From an uncultured Gammaproteobacteria bacterium (GTDB lineage Bacteria > Patescibacteriota > Microgenomatia > Levybacterales > UBA12049), in contig CAZCYO010000001.1 in the NCBI GenBank assembly GCA_964503265.1, positions 98,064 through 162,063 on the forward strand: a DNA stretch of 64,000 nucleotides. The letters run 5' to 3'. Positions within the stretch are counted from its first letter, which is position 1, and the number at the start of each line of letters is the position of its first letter. A program made the translations under genes and the position numbers. Positions 49,025 to 59,221 of this stretch are shown in pieces. Below the pieces are notes generated by a model. That model did no database searches. It had not been told where the DNA came from and was given only the letters and a program-made list of their open reading frames with translations.

Positions 49025-49043
49025 CCAAAGTAGGAAAAAGTAG
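49025..49043 (+). promoter_or_regulatory. Two direct repeats AAAGTAGGA with 10-bp periodicity; candidate MraZ operator
   Basis: AAAGTAGGA at 49025-49033 and 49035-49043, between the predicted -10 and the mraZ ATG. The position and periodicity are what is expected of MraZ boxes. Confidence 0.45.
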
Positions 49044-49066
49044 GATTATAACTGCTCTTTAACACT

Positions 49067-49492
49067 ATGTTGATCGGTCAATACGAAGGGAAAATTAGCG
49101 AAAAGTTTCAAGTCGCGTTTCCGAAGAAATTTCGGGATGCACTGGGTGACACGGTTATTATTACGAAAGGTTTTGAGAACTGTCTTATTATCGTGTCTGA
49201 AGAAAACTGGAAAACGTTACTTGAAGGAACTGAAGGAAAGCCTTTTACTGACAAAAATGCACGTGAGTTACAGCGATTTTTACTCGGAAATGCTACACAA
49301 GTAGAGCTTGATAGTAAAGGACGATTTGTAATGCCTGAGTACTTACGTGAGTACGCAAAAGTGAGTGAAAATGTTGTGTTTGCTGGGATTGGAAGATTTG
49401 TTGAAGCCTGGGATAAAAAGACATGGGAAACACATCAGAAAGAGCTCTCGTCGCGAATCGAGTCAGTTGCAGAAAGGTTAGGCAATGATTAA
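49067..49492 (+). CDS. mraZ: Transcriptional regulator MraZ
   Basis: Two MraZ/SpoVT-AbrB repeats, the second carrying DSKGRFVMP. The gene heads the dcw cluster. Confidence 0.85.
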   Translation: MLIGQYEGKISEKFQVAFPKKFRDALGDTVIITKGFENCLIIVSEENWKTLLEGTEGKPFTDKNARELQRFLLGNATQVELDSKGRFVMPEYLREYAKVSENVVFAGIGRFVEAWDKKTWETHQKELSSRIESVAERLGND

Positions 49493-50360
49493 TTACCACG
49501 AAAGTGTTCAGCTAGAAGAAGCAATTGAATTTTTAGACATTAAGAGTGGCGAAAAATACATCGATGGGACGCTCGGAGGCGGAGGACATACAAAAGCGAT
49601 ACTTGATAAGGGTGGAATTGTTTTAGGGATTGATCAGGATGATGATGCACTTGCGTTTGTTAAAGAAAATCTCAAATCACAAATAACAAATAACAAACTG
49701 AAAATTGTGAAGGGGAATTTTGGAAATATCGAAGAGATTGCAAAAGAACATGGGTTTGATCGGGTTTCGGGAGTGATTCTTGATATCGGAGTTTCAAGTC
49801 ATCAGTTTGATACGACAGAGCGAGGATTTAGCTTCCAAGATGCGGAATTAGATATGCGCATGGATCACGCTATGGCAGTTAAAGCCAAAGATTTGGTAAA
49901 TGGACTTCGAGAACAAGAATTAGCGATGGTATTTACGAAATTTGGTGAAGAACCGTTTGCTAAGAAAATTGCTCATGCTATCGTCCAAAAGAGACAAGAA
50001 CGACCAATTGAGCGAACTAGTGAGCTAGCAGAGCTTATTAAACGAACTGTGAGAGGTGGGAAAGTACACCCAGCCACACAAGTCTTTCAAGCGCTTCGTA
50101 TTGCAGTAAATGATGAACTTCATGTTCTTGAAGAAGGATTAGCTGGAGGCTTTTCTCTTTTGGCCCAAGATGCACGATTTGTCGTTATCTCATTTCACTC
50201 TCTTGAAGATCGTATAGTAAAACATTTCTTCGAAAAGAAAAAAAATGATGAACAGGCAATAGTTCTCACTAAAAAACCATTAAAGCCATCAGATGAAGAA
50301 ATTACAAGAAATAATAGATCCCGATCAGCAAAGTTACGAGCTTTGAAAAAAATTGCATAG
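49485..50360 (+). CDS. rsmH: 16S rRNA (cytosine1402-N4)-methyltransferase RsmH (MraW)
   Basis: YIDGTLGGGGHTKAIL...DIGVSSHQFD...GFSF. Confidence 0.9.
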   Translation: MINYHESVQLEEAIEFLDIKSGEKYIDGTLGGGGHTKAILDKGGIVLGIDQDDDALAFVKENLKSQITNNKLKIVKGNFGNIEEIAKEHGFDRVSGVILDIGVSSHQFDTTERGFSFQDAELDMRMDHAMAVKAKDLVNGLREQELAMVFTKFGEEPFAKKIAHAIVQKRQERPIERTSELAELIKRTVRGGKVHPATQVFQALRIAVNDELHVLEEGLAGGFSLLAQDARFVVISFHSLEDRIVKHFFEKKKNDEQAIVLTKKPLKPSDEEITRNNRSRSAKLRALKKIA

Positions 50361-50420
50361 TTTGAAAGTTTCAGAAATGCAGAGTTTTAGAGATTCAAAG
50401 ATTGAAATAATTACAGTATT

Positions 50421-50702
50421 ATGAAAAAGCCGATATTATTTATTGCTACAATGATTTTAACAATTATTGCGTTATCAGTCGTACATGTGGCTGTCGCGAA
50501 TAATATTTCGACAACGGGTGTAAATTTGAGTAAACTGCAAAATGAGCTTGATGATTATAAAAGACAAAACGCATTTCTTCACGAAAAAGTGCTAGAGCTT
50601 TCTTCCTTAACCTATATTAATGAAAAAGCAGAACAACGTGGATTTATTGCATCTAAAGGGGATTACTATGTCTCAACGCCTCTACCACTTGCGAAACGAT
50701 AA
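50421..50702 (+). CDS. ftsL: Cell division protein FtsL-like (single TM plus coiled coil)
   Basis: 93 aa with an N-terminal TM and a leucine-rich heptad region. It lies between rsmH and ftsI. Confidence 0.6.
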   Translation: MKKPILFIATMILTIIALSVVHVAVANNISTTGVNLSKLQNELDDYKRQNAFLHEKVLELSSLTYINEKAEQRGFIASKGDYYVSTPLPLAKR

Positions 50703-52375
50703 TGAACTGGAGATACCGTAGCGTATTATTATTTTTTCTATTCCTTTTCTCATGTATTATAATGCGGCTTTTTTATTGGCAAACTGTTCGTGCTCAAGAG
50801 CTGACATTCCTTGGAGAATCTCAATCAGATTATCGTATTAAGCTTATCCCACGACGCGGTGAAATACGAACCTCTGATGGATTTGCGATTGCAGCAAATA
50901 AGTTAACCTATCTCACATTTGCTAATCCGAAGGAGATTAGGAATAAAGATCAAACCTCTCAGCTCCTTGCACCGTTACTTAACGTCGAAACCGCGACGAT
51001 AAGTGCACTCCTGGATTATGATAAATTTTGGATTGCGTTAAAGTCTAAAGTAGCACATGAACAGAAAGAGAAAATAGAAAAATTAGATCTACCAGGAGTT
51101 GGATTTGAAGAGCAGACGATACGCTTTTATCCTGAAGCATCAATGGCTGCACAGTTACTTGGGTTTGTAGGCAAGTCAGATACTGGTGAGGATGTGGGTT
51201 ATTCAGGACTTGAGGGGTATTACGATAGGCAGTTAAAAGGTAAAATTGGGTTGGCGATTCAAGTACATGATGCGCTTGGACGGCCGATTCTCGCTAAGAT
51301 GAATGACACATCAGGTGCGATAGATGGAAGAAATTTAAATCTAAACATTGATAGACGGTTTCAATTTACCATGGAAGAAGAATTAAAAAAAGGCGTAGAG
51401 TCTTATGGAGCGCTAAGTGGGATGGCAATTGCTCTAAATCCTAAAACTGGTGGGGTACTCGCCATGGCGTCATTTCCTACCTTTGATCCAAGATCATACC
51501 AGGATTTTTCAGACGATTTATATAAAAACCCTCTGATTACTGATACGTATGAACCAGGATCGACATTTAAGCCATTGGTGATGGCTGCGGCAATAGATGC
51601 AGGACTTGTAAAACCAGACACGAAATGTCCGATCTGTGATAAACCAGTATCACTTGGGGGGTATGAAATTAGAACATGGAACGATAAGTATACTGCTGAT
51701 GAAAGTATGACGGATGTGATTATTCACTCAGATAATACTGGTATGGTATATACCTCACAAAGGCTTGGACTTGATCGTATGCTTGGGTATTTTAAGAAAT
51801 ATGGTATTGGAGAATCAACTGGTATTGACTTACAAGGAGAAGTAAAAGCGTCGCTGAGAGAATCCTGGTATCCAATTGATATAGCTACTGCGAGCTTTGG
51901 GCAAGGATTATCAGTGACACCAATTCAACTTATCGCTGCATTTGCTCCAATTGCTAATAAAGGTATTCGTATGGAACCACACGTTGTTGCCTCTGTTGAG
52001 ACTGCTGACGGAGAAATAATTCCAATTAAGCCCAAAGAGGTGGCTCGTCCAATTTCTGAAGCTACATCTAAAATAATGACCGAAATGTTAGTAGATGCTG
52101 TTGAAAAGGGTGAATCGAACTGGACGAAATTAGATGGATATCGCGTGGCAGGGAAAACTGGAACAGCTCAAATTCCAATAGAGGGACACTATGATCCGAC
52201 TCATACAATTCCTTCATTTATTGGATTTGCTCCAGCAGATGACCCAAAATTTGTCATGTTAGTTGTCCTTAATCGCCCACAAAGCTCAATTTATGGAGCT
52301 GAAACAGCAGCGCCAATTTTCTTTAAAATAGCTCAAAGAATGTTATTACAGTATGGAATCCCACCGAGTAAATAG
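50702..52375 (+). CDS. ftsI: Peptidoglycan D,D-transpeptidase FtsI / class B PBP
   Basis: STFKP (SxxK), HSDN and KTGTA motifs, and an N-terminal TM. Confidence 0.85.
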   Translation: MNWRYRSVLLFFLFLFSCIIMRLFYWQTVRAQELTFLGESQSDYRIKLIPRRGEIRTSDGFAIAANKLTYLTFANPKEIRNKDQTSQLLAPLLNVETATISALLDYDKFWIALKSKVAHEQKEKIEKLDLPGVGFEEQTIRFYPEASMAAQLLGFVGKSDTGEDVGYSGLEGYYDRQLKGKIGLAIQVHDALGRPILAKMNDTSGAIDGRNLNLNIDRRFQFTMEEELKKGVESYGALSGMAIALNPKTGGVLAMASFPTFDPRSYQDFSDDLYKNPLITDTYEPGSTFKPLVMAAAIDAGLVKPDTKCPICDKPVSLGGYEIRTWNDKYTADESMTDVIIHSDNTGMVYTSQRLGLDRMLGYFKKYGIGESTGIDLQGEVKASLRESWYPIDIATASFGQGLSVTPIQLIAAFAPIANKGIRMEPHVVASVETADGEIIPIKPKEVARPISEATSKIMTEMLVDAVEKGESNWTKLDGYRVAGKTGTAQIPIEGHYDPTHTIPSFIGFAPADDPKFVMLVVLNRPQSSIYGAETAAPIFFKIAQRMLLQYGIPPSK

Positions 52376-52702
52376 TTAGCGAATAGTAGCACCAGGAGTA
52401 GTTCTTTCAGATGGCATGAGTGGTAGTGGTTTTTCTCCTTCGGCAGCAAGTATCATGCCTTGTGACTCTTCGTCCATGATTTTTCGAGGTGCGAGGTTAT
52501 AGACGAAAATGAACTGTTTTCCAATTAAATCTTCTGGTGTGTACCACTGTTTAATACCAGATAATATAATTCGAGTTTCTTCACCAAAATCTACTGTTAG
52601 TCTAAGTAACTTTTCTGATCCTTCTTTTTCAACGCATTCAAGAACCTGCCCGACTCTTAGATCGATTTTCGCAAAATCTTCAAAGGCAATAATTGGTTTC
52701 AT
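52376..52702 (-). CDS. tRNA-binding protein (CsaA / EMAP-II-like OB fold)
   Basis: FAKIDLRVGQVLECVE...LTVDFGEE...IVYNLAPRKIMDEESQGMIL matches the tRNA-binding domain. Confidence 0.7.
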   Translation of the reverse strand: MKPIIAFEDFAKIDLRVGQVLECVEKEGSEKLLRLTVDFGEETRIILSGIKQWYTPEDLIGKQFIFVYNLAPRKIMDEESQGMILAAEGEKPLPLMPSERTTPGATIR

Positions 52703-52738
52703 ACATAGTATTATAACAAAAATAATTGTTATATTGTT

Positions 52739-53074
52739 TCATTGTTCAATTGTTAGGATGTCATGTAGTGCTGTTTGAGTGTTTTCAATAGTTCCTTGAG
52801 GTAATTCAATGACCGAAGTAAAGTTAGGATTCCAGAAAAAGAGGCGATTTGGCTTAAGATTCTTTTTTATTACAACTACGTGATTTTGCTTGTTAAGGAT
52901 GAGTATGTCGATTGGAAAATTCATAAAGAATGTATGGATGCCAAAGCGTGTTTGAAACATGATTGCTTTTGGATATTTTTCACCGATAAGTCCTATGATT
53001 TTCTCTTTTTCTGTTTTGGAAATAGTTACATTTTCGGATATTGTTGTTTGCTTAGTTTTATTTTTTATAGTCAT
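52739..53074 (-). CDS. DUF192 (COG1430) family protein
   Basis: FQTRFGIHTFFMNFPIDILILNKQNHVV...ELPQG matches the DUF192 core. I chose the start at MTIKN; the track extends to 53134. Confidence 0.55.
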   Translation of the reverse strand: MTIKNKTKQTTISENVTISKTEKEKIIGLIGEKYPKAIMFQTRFGIHTFFMNFPIDILILNKQNHVVVIKKNLKPNRLFFWNPNFTSVIELPQGTIENTQTALHDILTIEQ

Positions 53075-53163
53075 GCCTTTATTATATCTATTAGCCTGGT
53101 TTCCTGCATTCGCGGGAATGACAACGAGTAACAATCATATAATCCATTTGTTATACTATCTTC

Positions 53164-53739
53164 ATGACTGGTAAAACTCATGATTTAGCTGCATTTACGG
53201 CGTTAAACTTCGTAATCGCGACGACAATTCTGCCGCCAATGTCGTTTGGCACAGCGATAATTGCATTTTCAGCGAATATGATTGGGGGACTTGCTCCAGA
53301 TATTGATCAACCTACAGCGGCGTTGTGGAATAGAATGCGAGGAGGGTCGATAATTGGTAGGCTGATGCAACCATTATTTGGAGGACATAGATATATCTCA
53401 CATTCGTTGATTGGATTATTTCTCTTTGGATATGCACTAAAAATAATTCTAGGAATTCTTCATTCAATTTTACTCGTAGACATGGACCTCGTGTGGTGGT
53501 CATTTATGATTGGATTTCTATCGCATCTTATTATGGATACGATTACTCATGATGGAGTACCATGGCTTTTTCCGATTCCTATTAAGTTTGGTATTCCGCC
53601 TTTTCGATTTCTCCGCATAAAAACAGGAGGAGTAGTTGAGAAAAATTTTATTTTTCCTATGTTACTTATTACGAATATTTACTTTTTTTATGCGTATTAT
53701 AATAACTTCCTTATGTTTTTTCGTAGTATTGTGAAGTAA
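53164..53739 (+). CDS. Membrane-bound metal-dependent hydrolase family protein (DUF457/YdjM-like)
   Basis: MTGKTHDLAAF start, four TM helices, and conserved H/D residues (HSLIG, HLIMDTITHDG). Confidence 0.55.
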   Translation: MTGKTHDLAAFTALNFVIATTILPPMSFGTAIIAFSANMIGGLAPDIDQPTAALWNRMRGGSIIGRLMQPLFGGHRYISHSLIGLFLFGYALKIILGILHSILLVDMDLVWWSFMIGFLSHLIMDTITHDGVPWLFPIPIKFGIPPFRFLRIKTGGVVEKNFIFPMLLITNIYFFYAYYNNFLMFFRSIVK

Positions 53740-53780
53740 GAGGGCTTTGAATAATCCGTACTCTTGAGTATAATTGCAAT

Positions 53781-55016
53781 ATGTTTCAATCAGCTAAGAA
53801 TATTTACCATTTTTTTCAAGCAGTGCTTGCCAATACTATCTATGGCTTCCCATCCTCAGGGATGAAAATAATTTGTGTTACAGGTACTGATGGAAAGACT
53901 ACAACATCAGGCCTTATTTATCATATTCTTAAACAAGCTGGGAAAAAAGTTGCACTCCTCACCACAGTATCTGCAGTAATTGATGGAAAATCATACGAAA
54001 CAGGATCCCATGTTACAACTCCAAGTTCATATGATTTACAGAAGTACATTAAAAAAGCACGAAAAGCGAAGGCTGAATATTTTATTTTAGAAGCAACCTC
54101 GCATGGAATAGACCAAAATAGGATTTGGGGAATTCCTATAACCGTGGCAGTACTTACCAATATTTCTCATGAGCATCTTGATTATCATAAAACGTATGAA
54201 CGATATGTGAAAACAAAAAGTAGAATCTTAAAGAAAGCAAAATACGCAGTTATTAATCGCGATGATGCTTCGTATGAGTTAGTTATGGATTATCTCCGTA
54301 GTTATAAAGGAAAGATTGTCACATATGGTTTAACCAGAACTGCACGATTTAATAATAAAAGTTTTCCATTTGTTAGTCGACTTCTTGGGACATTTAACCA
54401 ATATAACTGTCTTGCTGCTGCAAGTGCACTAGTAATCATAGGACTTGATGAAAAAGTAATTAAGAAAGGTATTGCGACATTTAATCCTCCAGTTGGAAGA
54501 CAGGATATCGTCTATAATAAATATTTCCGAGTCATGATCGATTTTGCTCATACGCCTAACTCATTCCTCCAGATGCTTCCTGAAGTAAAGAAAATCACAA
54601 AACAAAGACTTATCCATATTTTTGGAGCTGCAGGATTACGAGATCTCACGAAGCGTCCAGAAATGGGTAAAGCATCGTCTGCCTATGCTGATGTTATTAT
54701 TTTAACTGCAGAAGATCCTCGTGGTGAGCCTGTCGAAAAGATCGCAGATGATATTAAATCAGGAATTGTTGGGTTTATATCGATTAAACCTTCAGAAGTC
54801 GGAACAATGGTAAAAAATAACAAATATTGTTTTGTCATTCCAAATCGAAAAGAAGCGATTCAATTTGGAATTAACCTTGCAGAACATGGAGATACTGTCA
54901 TAATGACAGGCAAGAGTCATGAAAAATCGATTAACTATGATGGAGAGCTTGAGGAAGCGTGGGATGAATTTATTGTGACCAAAGACGCAATTGAAAAGAA
55001 ACAAAAGCTTCAATGA
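53781..55016 (+). CDS. murE: Mur ligase, MurE-like (UDP-MurNAc-L-Ala-D-Glu:diamino acid ligase), lacking the N-terminal domain
   Basis: P-loop VTGTDGKTTT at residue 35 and NISHEHLDYH. The C-terminal ILTAEDPRGE aligns to the MurE block ILTSDNPRSE. It occupies the murE position after ftsI. Confidence 0.6.
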   Translation: MFQSAKNIYHFFQAVLANTIYGFPSSGMKIICVTGTDGKTTTSGLIYHILKQAGKKVALLTTVSAVIDGKSYETGSHVTTPSSYDLQKYIKKARKAKAEYFILEATSHGIDQNRIWGIPITVAVLTNISHEHLDYHKTYERYVKTKSRILKKAKYAVINRDDASYELVMDYLRSYKGKIVTYGLTRTARFNNKSFPFVSRLLGTFNQYNCLAAASALVIIGLDEKVIKKGIATFNPPVGRQDIVYNKYFRVMIDFAHTPNSFLQMLPEVKKITKQRLIHIFGAAGLRDLTKRPEMGKASSAYADVIILTAEDPRGEPVEKIADDIKSGIVGFISIKPSEVGTMVKNNKYCFVIPNRKEAIQFGINLAEHGDTVIMTGKSHEKSINYDGELEEAWDEFIVTKDAIEKKQKLQ

Positions 55017-55732
55017 TACATACTTCTCAATTTCACTCATTTTCTCTCTTTGGAGGTTATTCATTGGTCCAGGGATATTTCGAACGGTCTGCTGGGAATA
55101 TTACTCAGAATGGTGAATTAGACACAGAAGTACTGGCGAGTCTTCTTCACTTTTTGCGTATTGATAAGAATCAGTTAAAACTTATGAAGCAGTGTCACGG
55201 GAATACTGTGGCAGAAGTGAATCAAACAAGCCCTCTTATAACAGAAAATGTTGATGCACTTGTAACAGTTTCAAAAGAACTAGTACTTGGAGTAAAAACT
55301 GCTGATTGTATTCCCCTTATTTTTTTTGATCCTATACACAACATTACCTCAGCAGTTCATGCTGGGTATAAAGGCTTACTCGTTGGAATAATCCAAAACA
55401 CACTCCATAAGATGGCGGAACTAGGTTCAACTATATCAAACGTGATGGTAGGTGTTGGTCCATGTATTTGTAAATCTTGTTATAATGTAGAGAAAGAGCG
55501 GATTGATATGTTTAGTGAGAACTATCCTGGCATGGAAACATTTTATGAAAAAAAGAGTGATACTTACTTGTTAGATATTAAAGCAATTGCTTTATATATC
55601 TTACATACAAATGGAATACAAAAAGATAATATCGACATATCACCTTTTTGTACCAAAGAAGATAATGAGAAATTTTTTTCTCGAAGAGTTGAAGAAAAAG
55701 GTGTATTCTTATCTGTAATCGGTATGATATGA
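55013..55732 (+). CDS. pgeF: Peptidoglycan editing factor PgeF / YfiH (DUF152, COG1496)
   Basis: HGNTV...DALVT...ADCIPLIFFDP...AVHAGYKGL are the conserved His/Cys/His motifs. Confidence 0.7.
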   Translation: MIHTSQFHSFSLFGGYSLVQGYFERSAGNITQNGELDTEVLASLLHFLRIDKNQLKLMKQCHGNTVAEVNQTSPLITENVDALVTVSKELVLGVKTADCIPLIFFDPIHNITSAVHAGYKGLLVGIIQNTLHKMAELGSTISNVMVGVGPCICKSCYNVEKERIDMFSENYPGMETFYEKKSDTYLLDIKAIALYILHTNGIQKDNIDISPFCTKEDNEKFFSRRVEEKGVFLSVIGMI

Positions 55733-57135
55733 AATATAAAAATATTCACTTTGTTGGTATAAAAGGCGTCGGAATGGCTCCACTCGCTGTTATCGCGAAA
55801 GAAGCTGGATGTACTGTTAGTGGGTCTGATGTCGATGAAGTGTTTATTACTGATGTTACGCTTGAAGCCGCTGGAATTACGCCAGCTGTAGGATTTTCTC
55901 CTGAACATATCCAAGGTGCAGATCTTATCATAACCACCGGTGCTCATGGAGGACTCGATAATGTTGAAGTAAAAACTGCTAAGGAAAAAGGTATTCCTGT
56001 GCTTATGCAGGGTCAAGCCGTTGGAGAATTTATGAAAGAGGAAATCTTTGGAAAACCCTACCAAGGAATTTCTGTGGCTGGAACTCACGGAAAAACGACT
56101 ACTACAGCTATGATTGCGACAATTCTCTCAGACAACGAACTCGATCCAGGTTTTTTAATTGGAACCAGTGAGGTCCCGTCACTTGGAAAAGCAGGACATT
56201 TTGGAACAGGCGAGTATTTTGTCGCTGAAGCAGATGAATACGCGACTGATCCTAAGTATGATAAAACTCCTAAATTTCTGTGGCAACATCCAAATATCCT
56301 TGTTGTAACAAATGTTGAATTTGATCACCCCGATGTATATTCGGATCTGACACAAATGGAGAGTGCATATAAAAAGCTTTTTCAAAACATAAGAGAGAAT
56401 GGATGTATCATTGCCTGTGGTGATAGTGAGAACCTGCTTAGTATGCTTAATGTAAGCAATAAAGAGTTTAGTACCTATGGAGAAAATGAGCGGAATGATG
56501 TTCAAATAGTACGTTCAGGATACACAAATGGGCTACTCACCATTGAACTTAAGGAACAAGATGGAAATACGGTCGAGATATCTCTTCATACGCCTGGAAA
56601 ACACAATGCCTTAAATGCAACAGCAGCATATATGGTTTGTCGAAAGCTGGGCTTATCTGTCGAGCAAATACAAAAGGGACTCCTAGCTTTTAAAGGAACA
56701 AAAAGACGAATGGAATATAAGGGAGCACTCTCGACAGGTGCTGAAGTGTATGATGACTATGCTCATCATCCGACAGAAATTGCATCGTCTCTTAATGCAT
56801 TTCGTGAAATGTATCCTGATAAGAAAATTATATGTATTTTCCAACCGCACACGTATTCTCGAACAAAAGAATTACTCGAACAATTTAAACACTCTTTTAC
56901 TGATGCTGATAGTGTCATTATTACAGAAATTTACGCATCTCAACGCGAAGAAAAAGATCCTCATTTCTCTGCACGTATTCTCGCTGATGGAATTGAAAAA
57001 GAGACGTTTTTCCTTGAAAATGCTTCAGATGTGGTAAAATATGTGACATCTGAGCAGTACAATGGTGATTTCGTGTTAATCACCATGGGTGCAGGAGATA
57101 TTTATAAAATTGATAGTGAATTACTAAATAAATAA
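55729..57135 (+). CDS. murC: UDP-N-acetylmuramate--L-alanine ligase
   Basis: IHFVGIKGVGMAPLA, VAGTHGKTTTTAM, GKHNALNA, DDYAHHPTE and FQPHTYSRT. Confidence 0.9.
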   Translation: MKYKNIHFVGIKGVGMAPLAVIAKEAGCTVSGSDVDEVFITDVTLEAAGITPAVGFSPEHIQGADLIITTGAHGGLDNVEVKTAKEKGIPVLMQGQAVGEFMKEEIFGKPYQGISVAGTHGKTTTTAMIATILSDNELDPGFLIGTSEVPSLGKAGHFGTGEYFVAEADEYATDPKYDKTPKFLWQHPNILVVTNVEFDHPDVYSDLTQMESAYKKLFQNIRENGCIIACGDSENLLSMLNVSNKEFSTYGENERNDVQIVRSGYTNGLLTIELKEQDGNTVEISLHTPGKHNALNATAAYMVCRKLGLSVEQIQKGLLAFKGTKRRMEYKGALSTGAEVYDDYAHHPTEIASSLNAFREMYPDKKIICIFQPHTYSRTKELLEQFKHSFTDADSVIITEIYASQREEKDPHFSARILADGIEKETFFLENASDVVKYVTSEQYNGDFVLITMGAGDIYKIDSELLNK

Positions 57136-57136
57136 T

Positions 57137-58459
57137 ATGGAAAAATTTATCGTCAAAGGAGGAAATATATTACAAGGAACAATTAAGGTTAGTGGAGCAA
57201 AAAATGTTTCACTTAAGACGCTTGTGGCTGCTTGTTTAACTGAAGAAGAAGTAATTATAAAAAATGTTCCTCTCATTTCAGATGTGTATGTTATGTGTGA
57301 GATTATTAAGGACCTTGGAGGACAAGTTACTATCAATGATCATACAGTTAGTATTCGAATGAAAGAATTTTTAAATCATGAGATATCTCTTGATCATGCA
57401 TCACATGTGCGAACAAGCTCAATGTTTATTGCACCACTTTTGGCTCGAGTGAAAGAAGCAATTATCCCAAACCCAGGAGGATGCCGACTCGGTGCGCGAC
57501 CGATTGATCGAACAATTGATGGTGTACGGTCACTTAATGTCGATATTGAGTATATGAGTGACGATGGTTTTTTTCATGCAAAAACTGAAGGGTTAACAGG
57601 AGTTACCTATACATTTGAGAAGAATACGCATACAGGTACAGAAACATTACTTCTGGCTGCAGTACTCGCAAAAGGAACGACAATTCTTAAAAACGCAGCT
57701 GAAGAACCAGAAATTGATGATTTAATCGATTTATTAAATCGAATGGGGGGAAAGGTTCTTCGTTCAGCCAAAAGAGAAATTACCATTGAAGGAGTAGAAA
57801 AATTACATGGAGCAGAATTTGAAATTACACCAGATCGAAATGAAATCGTAACATTTGCGATAGCAGCTTATGTAACGAAAGGAGATATTTTTATTGAAGA
57901 CGCACAAAAAGTAAACTTAGATTCATTTTTAGAAAAACTTGAGGAGGTAGGGGGAACGTATGAAAAGAAAGAAAATGGTATTCGATTTTTTTATAGTACT
58001 CCGTTAATAGCATCTGATGTCACCACATCAATTTATCCTGGTTTTATGACTGATTGGCAATCTCTCTGGGCGATACTCATGACACAAGCAGAAGGAACGT
58101 CAATTATCCATGAAACTGTTTTTGAAAATAAATTAGGATATGTTAAAGATTTACAAAAAATGGGTGCAAAAATGAAGCTATTTAACCCGACAATTACAAA
58201 TCCTGAAGAGATTTATAATTTTAACCTTGAAGATGACCAAGATTTTTATCACGCAGTTGAAATAACTGGTCCGACGAAATTACATAACGCGATTGTTTCA
58301 ATGATTGATCTACGAGCAGGTGCAGCAGTTGTTATTGCAGCACTTGCTGCTACTGGAGAGACAATTATTCATAATATTTATTTAACCGATAGAGGATATG
58401 AGAATCTTGAAGAGAGACTATGTTTACTTGGAGCAAATATGATGCGTATTCGCGAATAA
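57137..58459 (+). CDS. murA: UDP-N-acetylglucosamine 1-carboxyvinyltransferase
   Basis: KFIVKGGNILQGTIKVSGAKN and full-length colinearity with MurA (GGCRLGARPID, ETVFENK). Confidence 0.9.
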   Translation: MEKFIVKGGNILQGTIKVSGAKNVSLKTLVAACLTEEEVIIKNVPLISDVYVMCEIIKDLGGQVTINDHTVSIRMKEFLNHEISLDHASHVRTSSMFIAPLLARVKEAIIPNPGGCRLGARPIDRTIDGVRSLNVDIEYMSDDGFFHAKTEGLTGVTYTFEKNTHTGTETLLLAAVLAKGTTILKNAAEEPEIDDLIDLLNRMGGKVLRSAKREITIEGVEKLHGAEFEITPDRNEIVTFAIAAYVTKGDIFIEDAQKVNLDSFLEKLEEVGGTYEKKENGIRFFYSTPLIASDVTTSIYPGFMTDWQSLWAILMTQAEGTSIIHETVFENKLGYVKDLQKMGAKMKLFNPTITNPEEIYNFNLEDDQDFYHAVEITGPTKLHNAIVSMIDLRAGAAVVIAALAATGETIIHNIYLTDRGYENLEERLCLLGANMMRIRE

Positions 58460-58460
58460 T

Positions 58461-59216
58461 ATGGAAGAAAGAAAAAATACTATTGCTGGTGTCATCTTAG
58501 CAGCCGGACGTGGAAAACGAATGGAACTAACTGACGTAAATAAAGTGACCGTGTTACTTGGTTCAAAACCAATAATAAAACATATCACTGATTTCATGAA
58601 AAAAATTTCTCTCGGAATAATACTTGTCGTTGTCGGACACGCGAAAGAATCGGTGTTTAACGTACTAGAAGGGGAAGATATTATCTTTGCAGAACAGACT
58701 GAACAACTAGGAACTGGACATGCATTAGCAGTTGCTCTTGAAAAATTACCAACTGATATTAAGCATGTTTTTGTTGTATATGGAGACGATGCAGTATTAT
58801 ATAGTGATGATCATACTGAAATTATTGAAAAGCTTTTTACAACTCAAACTGAAACAAATGCCGCTATGACATTTCTTACCATCGAAATCGAAAATCCGTT
58901 TGGGTTAGGGAGAGTTGTACGTACAACTGATGGAAAGGTAACAGCAATTGTTGAAGAAAAGGATGCAGATGAAGATGAGAAAAAAATTACAGAAATTAAC
59001 CCTGGATGTTTTATCTTCAGAGTAGATTTTTTAAGGAAATATCTTAAACAGGTCGAGAAAAGTTCAGCAACTGGAGAATATTATCTGACAAGTCTCATTG
59101 ATCTGGCGATTCTTAATGGTGAACGAGTCGAAACCGTAAAAGGGGGAAAACTGGCGTGGCGTGGTGTTAATACGAAAGAAGAATTATCACTTGCTGAAGA
59201 AATGTTACGTAAATAA
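58461..59216 (+). CDS. GlmU-like N-acetylglucosamine-1-phosphate uridyltransferase domain only (no LbH acetyltransferase domain)
   Basis: IAGVILAAGRGKRM and AEQTEQLGTGHA are near-identical to the GlmU motifs. The protein ends at 251 aa. Confidence 0.65.
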   Translation: MEERKNTIAGVILAAGRGKRMELTDVNKVTVLLGSKPIIKHITDFMKKISLGIILVVVGHAKESVFNVLEGEDIIFAEQTEQLGTGHALAVALEKLPTDIKHVFVVYGDDAVLYSDDHTEIIEKLFTTQTETNAAMTFLTIEIENPFGLGRVVRTTDGKVTAIVEEKDADEDEKKITEINPGCFIFRVDFLRKYLKQVEKSSATGEYYLTSLIDLAILNGERVETVKGGKLAWRGVNTKEELSLAEEMLRK

Positions 59217-59221
59217 ATAAT

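Noticed and set aside
48517-49065. A 182-aa minus-strand ORF covering the GC-rich insert.
   Set aside because: It would have to translate through the plus-strand terminator hairpin and poly-T tract, which would give a KKTKK stretch, and would start inside the AT-rich mraZ promoter region. Long antisense ORFs are expected by chance in GC-rich DNA. The plus-strand ORF, with an SD motif and a downstream terminator, is more coherent. It is not fully excluded.
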